A DNA stretch of 64,000 nucleotides from Rebecca billardiae RCC1528 (lineage: Eukaryota > Protista > Haptophyta), in the NCBI GenBank assembly GCA_965240325.2, contig OZ251230.1, forward strand, positions 2,356,001-2,420,000, read 5' to 3'. Below, piece by piece: positions 52,979-64,000 of the stretch. The notes below the pieces were generated by a model that was given only the letters and a program-made list of their open reading frames with translations, had not been told where the DNA came from and ran no database searches. Each line of letters begins with the position of its first letter. Position 1 is the first letter of the stretch. A program made the position numbers and the translations under genes.

Positions 52979-54889
52979 ATGGCGGATTCGACGACTAGCC
53001 CTGCGGTCAGGCTCCTCTTACGCAAGTCGGCGCGTGGGGACGCGCGTGCGACGTTCCTTCTGGCGCGGCGGGCTGAGGATGGCGAGGGCATCGCACAGGA
53101 CCACCGCGAAGCCTTTCGCCTGTACACCCTCGCCGCTGAGCGCAGCTTTGCAGATGCGCAGACGAAGATGGGCCACATCTACGTGAACGGCGCGCTTGGG
53201 CAGCCAAAGGACCTCGAGGCAGCAGCGCGCTGGTACCGGCTGGCGGCCGAGCAGGGCTACGCTCCGGCGCAGTGCAATCTGGGCCTGCAGTACGCACACG
53301 GCAAGGGCGTGCCGCAGGACTGGGGCGAGGCTGTGCGCTGGTTCCGGCTGGCGGCCGAGCAGGGTTACGCTCAGGCGCAGTGCAATCTGGGCGTGCGGTA
53401 CGCACAAGGCGAGGGCGTGCCGCAGGACTGGGGCGAGGCGGTGCGCTGGTTCCGGCTGGCGGCCGAGCAGGGCCACGCACTCGCGCAGTGCAATCTGGGC
53501 CTGCAGTACGCACAAGGCGAGGGCGTGCCGCAGGACTGGGGCGAGGCGGTGCGCTGGTTCCGGCTGGCGGCCGAGCAGGGCGACGCGCAGGCGCAGTGCA
53601 ATCTGGGCGTGCAGTACGCACACGGCAAGGGCGTGCCGCAGGACTGGGGCGAGGCGGTGCGCTGGTTCCGGCTGGCGGCCGAGCAGGGTTACGCTCAGGC
53701 GCAGTGCAATCTGGGCGTGCGGTACGCACGAGGCGAGGGCGTGCCGCAGGACTGGGGCGAGGCGGTGCGCTGGTTCCGGCTGGCAGCCGAGCAGGGCTAC
53801 GCTCAGGCGCAGTGCAATCTGGGCGTGCGGTACGCACGAGGCGAGGGCGTGCCGCAGGACTGGGGCGAGGCTGTGCGCTGGTTCCGGCTGGCAGCCGAGC
53901 AGGGCGACGCTCAGGCGCAGTGCCATCTGGGCGTGCGGTACGCACTAGGCGAGGGCGTGCCGCAGGACTGGGGCGAGGCTGTGCGCTGGTACCGGCTGGC
54001 GGCCGAGCAGGGCCACGCACTCGCGCAGTGCAATCTGGGCGTGCAGTACGCACGAGGCGAGAGCGTTCCGCAGGACTGGGGCGAGGCTGTGCGCTGGTAC
54101 CGGCTGGCGGCCGAGCAGGGCGACGCGCAGGCGCAGTGCAATCTGGGCGTGCGGTACGCACAAGGCGAGGGCGTGCCGCAGGACTGGGGCGAGGCGGTGC
54201 GCTGGTTCCGGCTGGCAGCCGAGCAGGGCTACGCTCAGGCGCAGTGCAATCTGGGCCTGCAGTACGCACAAGGCGAGGGCGTGCCGCAGGACTGGGGCGA
54301 GGCGGTGCGCTGGTACCGGCTGGCGGCCGAGCAGGGCCACGCACTCGCGCAGTGCAATCTGGGCGTGCAGTACGCACAAGGCGAGGGCGTGCCGCAGGAC
54401 TGGGGCGAGGCGGTGCGCTGGTTCCGGCTGGCGGCCGAGCAGGGCCACGCACTCGCGCAGTGCAATCTGGGCCTGCAGTACGCACAAGGCGAGGGCGTGC
54501 CGCAGGACTGGGGCGAGGCGGTGCGCTGGTTCCGGCTGGCTACTCAGGGAGGGAGCGCACATGGGCACATTCGGCTTGGAGCGCTGACGCTGCACGGCAC
54601 TGGAGTGGAGCGTGATGTGGAGGAGGCAGCTCGGCTGTTGCACCGTGGCCAAGAGCTCGATCCAGCCCTCGGAGACCGTGTACGCGAGGTCCTGGCCGTG
54701 GAGGCTGGAGAGCGTGACGTGGTCTCCACGTGCTGCATCGCCTGCGGACGGACAGGCCGTGGGCTCAAGAAGTGCGAGCGGTGCCATGTGGCGGTCTTCT
54801 GCTCGCGTGAGCACCTGCGCAGCTCGTGGAAGGTGCACAAGCCCCACTGCAACGCGTGGGCTTCGCAGTGCGATGAGGAGGCAAGGTGA
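52979..54889 (+). CDS. Sel1-like repeat protein with C-terminal MYND finger (copy 2; 12 near-identical repeats)
   Basis: N- and C-terminal caps nearly identical to 18025-19731, but repeat number and order differ. Confidence 0.92.
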   Translation: MADSTTSPAVRLLLRKSARGDARATFLLARRAEDGEGIAQDHREAFRLYTLAAERSFADAQTKMGHIYVNGALGQPKDLEAAARWYRLAAEQGYAPAQCNLGLQYAHGKGVPQDWGEAVRWFRLAAEQGYAQAQCNLGVRYAQGEGVPQDWGEAVRWFRLAAEQGHALAQCNLGLQYAQGEGVPQDWGEAVRWFRLAAEQGDAQAQCNLGVQYAHGKGVPQDWGEAVRWFRLAAEQGYAQAQCNLGVRYARGEGVPQDWGEAVRWFRLAAEQGYAQAQCNLGVRYARGEGVPQDWGEAVRWFRLAAEQGDAQAQCHLGVRYALGEGVPQDWGEAVRWYRLAAEQGHALAQCNLGVQYARGESVPQDWGEAVRWYRLAAEQGDAQAQCNLGVRYAQGEGVPQDWGEAVRWFRLAAEQGYAQAQCNLGLQYAQGEGVPQDWGEAVRWYRLAAEQGHALAQCNLGVQYAQGEGVPQDWGEAVRWFRLAAEQGHALAQCNLGLQYAQGEGVPQDWGEAVRWFRLATQGGSAHGHIRLGALTLHGTGVERDVEEAARLLHRGQELDPALGDRVREVLAVEAGERDVVSTCCIACGRTGRGLKKCERCHVAVFCSREHLRSSWKVHKPHCNAWASQCDEEAR

Positions 54890-55019
54890 ACTTCGGACAC
54901 TACAGTTTACTAAGAATAAGAGACGCACACAGCTCAGTATTCTCGGTTCTGGTAGTAGTGCCTAATCTCGCCTGCCTGAGCTGTGCATGCGTCTCTTATT
55001 CTTCGAGTAAACTGTAGTT

Positions 55020-55644
55020 AGAGTGGAGCGCTCGTTGGACGGGCTTGACGCCGGTTTGGCGCCCGCGCGGCGAGGGCGACGACGGGCGCACACGGGGCAC
55101 GCGGCGGCGGGAAGCGCGCGATCTCGGCCGAGAACGGCACGGTCCGGACGCCTCTCGCCAGCCCGCGGACGCGCACCACGCCTCCTCCTCGCACGCTGCT
55201 AACTTGATCCGGGTAGTAAACGGTGGTTTTGCTGCCGACCAGCTCAAGTTCCACGGCTGGTCAAGGTTCGGCTTGCGACCTCGCCGCTGGTGCTTGCAAG
55301 AAGGTACACGAGTTGGTCGAACTCCCGCGCACCCGCTCTGCGCTCGTCGACGCCTTCTGAAGGTGACTCGGGGTGCATGCGGGGCAGTGGAATGCAGTGG
55401 TTCGGCGTTGCCTCTCAGTCGTCCAGCGCGCAGGCCATGTAGCGCGGGTGTGGTGCGCGCATGGCCCGGTCATTCGGTCGCGGCATGTCTGTCTGGGCTG
55501 CCCAAGGCCTGCCGCACCGCGAAGCGAGCGCTCAGGAGCGTGTGCCGAGCGTGCCAGCCCCGCCGAGATGGGGCACTTCGCTGGAAATGCGGGGTCAAGT
55601 TTGAAGTTCCACCCCCGCTCAAGTTCCAACGAGCGCTCCACACT
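55020..55644. mobile_element. Putative MITE / non-autonomous TIR element (~625 bp)
   Basis: gtggagcgctcgttgga (55023-55039) is the exact reverse complement of 55625-55641, extending to 19/20. Internal tcaagtt/aacttga motifs recur. No credible ORF and no convincing TSD. Confidence 0.5.
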
Positions 55645-55686
55645 TTCGATGGTGCCGATGGTCATTAGCTGACACCGTCGTGTCGG

Positions 55687-57030
55687 ATGGCCGGGCGCGC
55701 CGTCCTGTCGCCGTCAAGGGCTCGCACGCACCGCACGCGGTGCGGGCTGCTGCTATGGGCGTCAGCGCTGCTGAGCACGGTGGACTCGCGCTCGCCCACG
55801 CTCGCGCACGCGAGAGAGACGAGCGCGCTCTGCGCCGATCAGCCCGCGGTCGAGCCGCTCGTGTGCGGCGCGATCGCCTTCCGGCACATCCCGAAGACGG
55901 GCGGCACGACGATGCGCGAGGGCTTCCTGGGGATGAGTGCGTGCGGTGCGGCGTCGTGGACGTACGTCGAGGGGTACAGGGGCGCCGCCATGACCACAGC
56001 GATCATGAAGGGCCGACTCAACCGCCGCTTCCAGAACAAGAGCACGGGGCGGTCCATTGAGCGCGCCGTGCGGCTCAGCGCGCGGCTCAGGGAGCTGCGC
56101 CTCACTCGCATCGCGCCGGCCGACTGCGCGGCGGCGGACGGTGGCCTAGGGCTGATCCCACGCATGATCATCGAGAGCCACGCCGAGCAACCCAGCTGGA
56201 CTCACTACCGGCGCACGCTGCCCGCCGCGCGCGCCGCGTGGCCTCGCTGCCGCTTCGTGACTGTCGCGATTGTTCGTGAGCCGCTTGCGCACGTGGTCTC
56301 AGAGTGGGCGTACTTCCAAAACGTCCAGCGCAAGTACCCGCGGTTTGCGGACTACCTGGCCGGGGGCGAGCTCACGCAGGCTGGGTACCTGCGCCCCGAC
56401 CTGCATGCCGACCCGCGCGCCCTCCGAGCCGAGATTGAATCTGAGCTGTCTGCGGGCACGCTGCTGCTCGGTGTGTTCGAGGAGTTTGCGTCGTCGGTGC
56501 TCGCGCTCGCGCACGAGCTCGGCGTGCCGTGGGCGTGGCACGTGCTCTCGGCGAGGCCGAAGCTGAGCGACACGCCCGACGCGCTGCGCAGGCAGGCGCA
56601 CGCAGAGCTAAACGACTCGTCCGTGCGCGCGCGCGCGGAGGCGCGGCTCGGGGTGGATCGCTGGCTGTATGCGAGAGCGCGCGCCGCGCTCGAGCCGCTG
56701 TTGCGGCGGCACGTGCGCGTGGGCGTGCGAGGCGCGCGCAGCCCGCCCAAGGCACGGTGTCGGCGGGAGTGGGTGGGGCGCACGTATCGCCAGATCGCGG
56801 CCGACCTGCGCGGCCAGCTCGCGGGCGTACGCGGACACGGCAGCCCACAGCCCGGCGGTCCCATGGCGGGCATGGGGCGGCGCGCATGGCTGCACCACAA
56901 GCTTCGGCCGGCTGCTGTGGAGTACGTGATCGCGCACCAGCTGGACATGTGCGAGCGGCAGCCCTCGCCCGCGTGCGCGGCGGTCGCGCCCAGCCTCGAG
57001 CAGCTCGGCCCGGGCGTGCGCTGGCCATAG
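55687..57030 (+). CDS. Golgi-type (carbohydrate) sulfotransferase-like protein
   Basis: N-terminal hydrophobic segment, 5'-PSB FRHIPKTGGTT, 3'-PB VAIVREPLAHVVSEWAY, and late D..LY motif. Confidence 0.78.
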   Translation: MAGRAVLSPSRARTHRTRCGLLLWASALLSTVDSRSPTLAHARETSALCADQPAVEPLVCGAIAFRHIPKTGGTTMREGFLGMSACGAASWTYVEGYRGAAMTTAIMKGRLNRRFQNKSTGRSIERAVRLSARLRELRLTRIAPADCAAADGGLGLIPRMIIESHAEQPSWTHYRRTLPAARAAWPRCRFVTVAIVREPLAHVVSEWAYFQNVQRKYPRFADYLAGGELTQAGYLRPDLHADPRALRAEIESELSAGTLLLGVFEEFASSVLALAHELGVPWAWHVLSARPKLSDTPDALRRQAHAELNDSSVRARAEARLGVDRWLYARARAALEPLLRRHVRVGVRGARSPPKARCRREWVGRTYRQIAADLRGQLAGVRGHGSPQPGGPMAGMGRRAWLHHKLRPAAVEYVIAHQLDMCERQPSPACAAVAPSLEQLGPGVRWP

Positions 57031-57555
57031 CTGAGTACTCGCCGTCGTAGCATCAGTGCCATCAGTCAGCAGCGCAGGCGCAGCAGCGTAGTCGGTAGTG
57101 TCAGTCATCGTCCCGTCACTACTCACTCGGTCTCCGACGGTCTCGCCTCGATCTCGCGGTCAATAACTCATTGACCGAACGGAGCAGTAGTGATGTATAG
57201 TCATCATCACCGCGATGTGCTGCGCGGATATATATTTATTAATATATGTCGGACCCGTGTCCCGTCACCGTGCGGAGTCCGCCGAACGCGACGACGACCT
57301 ACCTGCGCGCTGCTGCTCATAATTGAGGCTGCGAGCTTCCGATATAGCGCAGGCGATAGTTCAACTTCATATCATGCGTGCTCGATCGCAGGCGGTGCAG
57401 CGGTGCTGGCCGGCGCGGCCCGAGGCCCGCATCAGCTCGGCCCGCGTGACTCACGGTGTCTGTCTCACGTCTCACCGGGCGCGGGAGGCGAGTGCCGGAG
57501 CCCGGATGGCGGAGTGAGCCCACTGAGCCGGCGCAATTCATGCTGAGCTCGTCAG

Positions 57556-57586
<31 letters not shown>

Positions 57587-57756
57587 CATGTGTCGATGGG
57601 ACTCGCGCATGAGCCGGCGCAGCCCGCGGCGCTCGGTCCTCGGAGACGAGTAGGCGGCGGCGGCGGCGACTCGACTTGACTGAATCACTCCGACGCGGCG
57701 GTTGGCGGTGGCCCCGCGGCCCGCTGAGGCGACGCGTCGATGATCCGTCTGCGCAT

Positions 57757-60524
57757 TCAGGCCTGAGCCGGCGGCGCGAGGCGGTGGACCGTGTGCCGAG
57801 CGACTGAGCCGTCGGCGCGCATCGTCTGCAGCATGCCTGGCTCGCACCCTTCGAGCCCGACGCACACGCAGCCGCTCGCGCTCGAGCTCGCGAGGCCGAG
57901 CACCTCGGTCCACGCGAGGTCGATGGCATCGATGAGCTTGGTGATGAGCGGCAGCGAGCTGCGCGGCGGCGCGAGCGGGCGGCGGCGCGGCGCGTCGCGG
58001 GGCCGAGCGGGCGCACGACGCGTGAGCTGGGAGTGCGAGCGCGCGCACGCAGCTGCGCGCGCGCGGCGCGCGCACCGCGAGCCCACGCGGCGGATGAGCA
58101 CGAGAAGTGCGCGCTGGCAGAAGGGCATCATCGTCACTCGCAGGTTGCCCAGTAGCTCGGTGAGCGACTGCGACTTGACGTTGACGGGGTCGCGCGCCTG
58201 GATGGCCTTCAGCTTCGTCACCTGCGCCTCGGTGAGCTGCACGCCGAAGGCGCGGGCGAGCTCGTCGGCGAACGGGGTGTAGTCCTCGTCGGTCCACGCC
58301 GAGGCGTTCAGCTCGACGATGTCGGCCGAGCTGAAGCCTAGCGTGCCTAGCACGCGCGACGTCGGCGTGTTGGTGGGGACAGACCACACCCAGCCCTCCT
58401 CGACGCCGGCGCCGGCGCCGCCGGCGTCGGCGGCTGCGCCGCCGGCCGCGCTGCCGGCGAGCGCCATGCCGCCGGCGCCGCCGCCGTCCGCGGCGGCGAA
58501 CGTGGGGCCCTTGCGGGCGGCTGGCTGCGGCATCCCGCTCGTCGCGGGGCCGCCCTGAGCCTGCAGGGCGTGCAGGGCGGCGGAGCGCGGCGAGGGCAGG
58601 CGGGAGGCGTGAGAGGGTGTGGGCGCGCGGCCGGCAAGCGCGCGCGCGCGCGGCGGTGGCGCAGCGCCAGATGCGCGCGGCGTGCGCGTACCGAGTGCAT
58701 GCCGCCCGACTGGGCATGCTCGCCGAAGCCCGCGGCCGAGCACGCCGGCTCGGCACGCCCCAGGGCGGCCATGCTGGCGGGTGGGGCTCCGGAGAAGTCG
58801 GTTCGCGCGCCAAGCGCTCCTGGCTGCTGCCCCGGCTGCAGGCCGCCCGCCCTGCCGGCTGCGCCCGCCATGGGCGCCGAGGTGGGCACGCCCTGCTGCC
58901 GCGCGGGGCGGCGCTCCTCCGCCATGCTTGCCGTCGGCCTCAGCCCCTCTGCGCCGATCATCCTTACCATGTCCCAGCTGCCTGCGTTCGGGGCCGAGAC
59001 GACAGTCGATGTCGTCCAGCCGTCACTCGCGCCGCGCGCGAGCTGCGGCGCGGTGGCGTGCGCCGAGGGGCGCGCGCAGGAGGTGGCGTAGTGCGGCGAG
59101 AACTCGGCCGTGAGCGGGCCGCCCATCGCCGAGCCCGAAGCAGTGCCGCCGCCGGCGCGGGCAGCCATGGGCTCCGAGCTGGCGCCGCGGCCGCCGCCGA
59201 ACCCGCCGGCCATCGCGGCGGCGGCTGCTGAGCTCGTGCAGAGGCCGCCGCGCCCACGGCCGTCCGCGGGGCCCGCGCTCACGCCCGCGCCGCGGCCACG
59301 CCCGCGCCCACGCCCGGCGCCGTCGGCGCCGCCGTCCAGCTGCCTCTGCTGCTGCTGCTGTGCAGCCCAGCTCGCCTCGGCTGAGCCTGCCATCTGCTGC
59401 TGCATGTTGTGCTGCATCCCCGCAGCGGCATAGTCGGCCGCAGCCCACTTGCCCCCAGGGTCCGTCGGCCAGTGGGTGCTGAGCCGGGCGCCGGCGAGGG
59501 GCGGCTGCTGCGCGCCCGGCTGCACCGTCACCTCGCGGAAGAGCGCCTGCTGCTGCGGCGGCGGCGGCGGCGGCGGCTGCTGGCTCAGAGGTACGAACGC
59601 CTTGGCGTGCGCGGCGAGCCCGCGGCCGCCGCCGCCGCCGCCGCCGCCGAAGCCGAGGGCGCCTCCCCGCCCACGGCCGCCGGCAGGGTAGGCCGGGCGC
59701 TGCATCGCCTCGGGCGGCACCATCCCGCCCGCCGCCGGCCCCGCGTGCAGCCCCGCGCCCGCCGCGTACGGCGGGATGGCGTAGGGCATGCCAGGTGTGA
59801 AGCCCGCCGCGGCCGACGCGCCCAGCGGGTTGTGCAGGAAGTGGCCCGGCGGGAACGCACCCTGCGGCACGGCTGTGCGGCCGCCCGGGACGAGCGGGCC
59901 GCCGCGGCCCATCCCGTCGCGCCCGCGCCCGCGGCCCCGACCCCGCCCGCGGCCGCGACCGTCATCGTCGCCCATCATGCCAAAGCCGCCTCCGCCTGGC
60001 ATGAACGGTCGCGCGCCTCGCGGCGCGGGCGCCATGGACGGCGTGGCCTCGGCGAAGAGGACGGAGTCGAGGTCGTCGGCGGCGAAGCGGCGCGACATCG
60101 GCCCCTGGTTCCCCGCCTTGCGCACGTCGACGCCGCCCCCGCGCCCGCCGCCGCGGCCGGCGCGCGAGGATGTCGACTGGCGCGTGCCGGCCATGTCCAG
60201 CGCGTCCAAGTGGCTGTGCCGGCCGCCGCGGCCACCCCCTCGGCCCTGCACCGGGAGCATGGGGGGCGCCATCATCTGCCGCGGGTCCGGGCGCACGATG
60301 GCCGGCTGCTGCTGTGCCTGCTGCTGCTGCTGCTGCTGCCGCAGCCGTTCCTCGAGCACGTTGAGCGTCTGCCGCAGGGAGGCCACCTCCTGGTTCTTCC
60401 GCTGCTGCAGCTTGGACTCGAGGTTCTGCAGCGTGCGCTTGAGCTCGTCGACCTGGTCGTGCGGCTTCTCCGGGCGCTTGCTGCCCCCGGCGCCACCGCG
60501 GCCACCGCCGCGGCCAGATGGCAT
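57757..60524 (-). CDS. RGG/Gln-rich low-complexity protein with N-terminal coiled coil and small C-terminal globular domain (exons 60524-58692, 58560-58076, 57958-57757)
   Basis: MPSGRGGG..., (GR)n tracts and poly-Q. Two GT-AG (CG)n introns join the 776-aa and 328-aa ORFs in frame. Confidence 0.7.
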
Positions 60525-60778
60525 GGCAGAGTGGTCGCGCTTTTGCGAGCGAGCGAACGCGTCCGAGGTGGCCCGGCTGCGGCGGTGCTCCCGTGTCCGG
60601 TGCGCACACCGCGCTAAACACCGGACAGGTCGCAGATTGTTTTCGTTTTCCGATGATCCGATTTTACCGTCACACACAAGAGCACCGAGCAGGAATATGG
60701 CGAGTCAGAGCTTGGCGACCGACGCAGACCACATTGACAACGGTGACAGTCGACTGACCGACGCCGGGCTTGCGTCGT

Positions 60779-62037
60779 TCACATACTGTGCACGTGGAAG
60801 TTCTCCAGCCGGACGAGCAGGCGCTCGTCCGACACGCCAGACCGCGCTCCGCGCGTCGTAGCGGAGGTGAAGGTCGCGGCCGAGCCATGCGTGCCAGGCT
60901 GACTCCCAGGCTGAGCCGTCGCCGGGGCCGGAGGTGTCTCATCACGGACCACGTGCACGCCGAGCCGGTCGCCAGAGTACAACACGACGCGTGCGCGCCG
61001 CCCGTTCCACTGCGTGGCGCTTCTCAGCCCGACCAGCGTGCCCTCAGTCCCCGGGGTCGCCCAGTCCGCCGCGACGCACCGCGGGATGACGTTGTCGCGC
61101 CACGCGTCCACGAGCGCGCTGAACGCATCTCCCGCGTACGCGCGCGCCACGAGCACGCCGGCGAGGAGCAGCGCGGCCGCTCGCATCCGCGCGAAGCGCG
61201 GGAAGCCCGCGTGCGCGGCGACCGACCACGCCGCCGAGCCGTCGAGCGTGCCCGCGTGCCGCAGGAAGCGCACGGCCAGCTCGGGCACGGGGTTGGACGG
61301 ATTGACGAAATTGGCGTAGCAGAGGTGCCCCGCGCCGAACGCCCTGAAGGCGACGCCCACGGCGGGGTCGGCGCCGCCGGCCGGGTCCTGCACGCACCGC
61401 TCCTCGGGCGGCACGCCTCCGAGGAAGGTCTGCTTCGTGTAGTAGCCAAGCGCGGACAGCGGCTCGTGCGGGGGCAGCGGGCTCGCTCCGCCAAAGCAGC
61501 GCGCGATCCGCTGCGCGTTGCCCGCGGGCGGGCGCTGATCGCACCGTGTGTACGACTTGAAGTGCCACGCGCTTCCGAACAGGCGCGCGAGCACGCGGAT
61601 GCCGCCCGTCTCGCCGCCCTCGGCGAAGGAGGCGTTGCTCGAGAGCACGCACAGGGCCCCGCCCTTGCGCACAAAGTTGACCAGGGCCTCGCCCACCTCC
61701 TTCTCCACCGCCAACTCCGCGCCGCTCAGGTCGGAGAGCAGGACCGCTCCAAACGCGCCGCTCAGGATGTGTCGCGCACGGCGGCCGCCGCGGAGGGCGA
61801 GGCGCCCTCCCGAAAGTCGATGACGGTCGGGCGCAGGCGGTACGCACTCCACAGCGCTCGCTGCCGCTGCACGGCATCGAGCTCCTCCGTGGGCTCCGGG
61901 CCGAGCCATGACGTCACCCACTCCGTCCGCTCGTTTTCCATCCGCCGGTCCTGGTCGCCCATGACGGCGCGCGTGAGCCAGCTCTCGTCCAGGAGATCCT
62001 GTAGGCCGTCGACAACGAGCACATGGCGCGTGTGCAT
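60779..62037 (-). pseudogene. Gene with one apparent frameshift near 61775 (pseudogene or assembly error); class-I GATase/ThuA-like domain plus C-terminal SH3-like module
   Basis: MHTRHVLVVDG...AAAAVR continues in another frame as HILSGAFGAVLLSD...ALVNFVRKGGALCV...FGAGHLCY. C-terminus LVGLRSATQWNGRRARV...LLVRLENF. Confidence 0.55.
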
Positions 62038-62158
62038 CGCGCTTGTGCGGCCGCGGCCGGCCGCCGCGGGGCTCGGGAGCTGTGGACGCGACGACGGGCG
62101 GCCGAAGGCCGACGCCCACCGCCAAGGACGCCGCTGTCGCGAATCGTCCACGACGCCG

Positions 62159-63313
62159 ATGCGGCAGCAGCCCGAGAGTGCGATGGACGTGGAGGGGGAT
62201 GAAGAGCACGGGCTCCTCGCCGGGCGTCGGATCACGCTGGCGCCGAGCAACGGCCGCGGCAAGGCAGGCGTGGTCGTCGCCGGCATCGCAGTGCTCACAC
62301 TCGTGAGCTATCTCGCCCTGGGGACAGACACGCTGGCGACAGACGGCGTGGACGATGTAGCGGACGCACCGGAGCTCCCGACCGTCCTCGGCCCTCATGA
62401 GCGCGTGGACGGCTTCGTGCTGGGCTGCATGATGCAAGAGCCCACCAACACACGCGCCGCCAGTCTCTGCATGACGTCCGTGTGCACGCTGCTGGCAACC
62501 ACCAACCCGGACCACGTCGTCGTGATGCTCGACGAGCTGATGGAGGCGGCCATCGGCGAGACGCTCAGACTCAACGGCATCCACCTCTTCCGCACCCCGG
62601 ACGTGAACACCAGCACCATCGTGCGCGAGGGCTCCCAATGGCCGGATTTCTCCAAAATGCCAAAGCGCAAGATTCCCATCGAGGTCTACTCGGCGAAGAA
62701 GTACTACGCGTGGACGTTGCTGCAGTTCAACAGGCTGGTCTACGTCGACGGCACGGACACCCGCTTCCAGCGGAACGCCTCGGGCATGCTCTACCTGGCC
62801 GAGCCGTTCGCCGCCGTGACCAGCGCGGCGCCACAGCCGCGCTGCCCGGGGTACTTCAACAACGGCGCGCTGCTCCTCAGGCCGGGCCTGGCGGGGTTCC
62901 ACGCGCTCATGTCGACGTACTTCCAGGGCAACTTCACGTACTGCGGCGGCAGCGGGGGTCACCTCGACGACCAGGACCCAATGATCAGCGTCGCGCTCAC
63001 GGGCGTGCTCGGCCCCGTCCACGAGTGGCCGTGTGGTTTCAACTACCGCTCATGGAAGTCGCAGGTGCACTGCCCGCGGCGCGTGGTCGAGCATCACAGC
63101 TACTCGGACGACGCGATGGGCGACTGGCCCGATCGCGCGCGGGACGGCCGGTGTCGCCCTTCGCCGCCTCGCACGCGCCTGCCCGTGCTCTGCCCCGCCC
63201 AGGTCGCACCGCACGCGCTCGCGAAGAAGTGGACTCGGGATGGCTATGACGCGTCCACGGAACATCGGCAACGACGCGCGTGCGCTGACTACTATGGCTA
63301 CTCGCTCAGCTGA
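62159..63313 (+). CDS. Type II membrane glycosyltransferase, GT8/glycogenin-like (start 62159 or 62183)
   Basis: TM segment VVVAGIAVLTLVSYLAL, then KYYAWTLLQFNRLVYVDGTD, YFNNGALLLRP, DDQD, CGFNY. Confidence 0.8.
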   Translation: MRQQPESAMDVEGDEEHGLLAGRRITLAPSNGRGKAGVVVAGIAVLTLVSYLALGTDTLATDGVDDVADAPELPTVLGPHERVDGFVLGCMMQEPTNTRAASLCMTSVCTLLATTNPDHVVVMLDELMEAAIGETLRLNGIHLFRTPDVNTSTIVREGSQWPDFSKMPKRKIPIEVYSAKKYYAWTLLQFNRLVYVDGTDTRFQRNASGMLYLAEPFAAVTSAAPQPRCPGYFNNGALLLRPGLAGFHALMSTYFQGNFTYCGGSGGHLDDQDPMISVALTGVLGPVHEWPCGFNYRSWKSQVHCPRRVVEHHSYSDDAMGDWPDRARDGRCRPSPPRTRLPVLCPAQVAPHALAKKWTRDGYDASTEHRQRRACADYYGYSLS

Positions 63314-63532
63314 TGCTGCTGAGGACGAGCGTAGTCGTCGAGCAGCGTCACCGGGCGGCTGATGACGACGACTACGTTAGATAGATATAATAGTACGCGT
63401 GCTTCACAGGCCGCGCGCCCCATATACTACTGATAACCGTCGGATGTGATCAGAATGACGATTAACGCGCAGCAGTATAGGGCAGCGGGCTCCGAGCGGC
63501 GCCGTCCCGCCTCCCGGGCGTCCGCTGTACAG

Positions 63533-63533
<1 letters not shown>

Positions 63534-63594
<61 letters not shown>

Positions 63595-63598
63595 TATA

Positions 63599-63682
<84 letters not shown>

Positions 63683-63780
63683 ATACGTACGCGCGTATAG
63701 ACGAGAGAGCGCCAGAGAGAGAGAGAGAGAGAGCTGAGAGACGAGCAGAGATCGAGAGCGAGAGACGAGACGGAGAGAGT
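63534..63780. repeat. Interrupted (TA)n microsatellite followed by a (GA)n-rich tract
   Basis: TA run 63534-63679 with a few interruptions; GA-rich 63700-63780. Confidence 0.95.
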
Positions 63781-64000
63781 CATCATCAGAGAGTCAGCAG
63801 TATTAGTAGTATATATAGACGCGACTATAGGCTACTGCTGCGCTGCTGCTATTGCTCGGGCTAAGGCGGGCTTGTATATAGCACTGCTCACCGTCGACCG
63901 TAGGCGTATGGCAGCATCGTCATTAACTAATAATGGACGACTACGAGGCAGCCCGGAGCCCCGACGCGCCGCGCGACCGTCGGCAATAATAAACCTAGCC

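Overview
Compact, very GC-rich eukaryotic genomic DNA. Spliceosomal introns are short and (CG)n-rich, with GTGCGC/GTACGC donors and GCGCAG acceptors, and one gene has a bipartite plastid-targeting presequence. This fits an alga with a complex plastid such as a haptophyte (inference). Ordinary genes: alpha-tubulin, two GT8 glycosyltransferases, a PAP2 phosphatase, a HAD/riboflavin kinase fusion, two sulfotransferases, an alpha/beta hydrolase, a TPT-family transporter and POLD2. The unusual content is: (1) an intact 15.8-kb Mutator-like element (37061-52903) with 670-bp TIRs and a T10 TSD, carrying two convergent genes whose start codons lie inside the TIRs, one a ~3,100-aa polyprotein joining a 2OG-Fe(II) oxygenase-like domain, MULE transposase, SWIM, PHD-like finger and OTU protease; (2) two paralogous Sel1-repeat/MYND genes with reshuffled near-identical repeats, whose 3' flanks differ only by 11 micro-indels and no substitutions, suggesting a local stutter-insertion process that may build the AT-rich intergenic zones; (3) an EsV-1-7-type Cys/His repeat protein with hypervariable residues at fixed positions plus an NLS; (4) a non-autonomous A1-B1-A2-B2 split-direct-repeat element (PAT/Ngaro/TOC1 architecture) with a hairpin junction; (5) a very large kinesin-14 with a second, apparently dead motor domain plus TPR and VHS-like domains. 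All calls were made by eye; no database searches were run.
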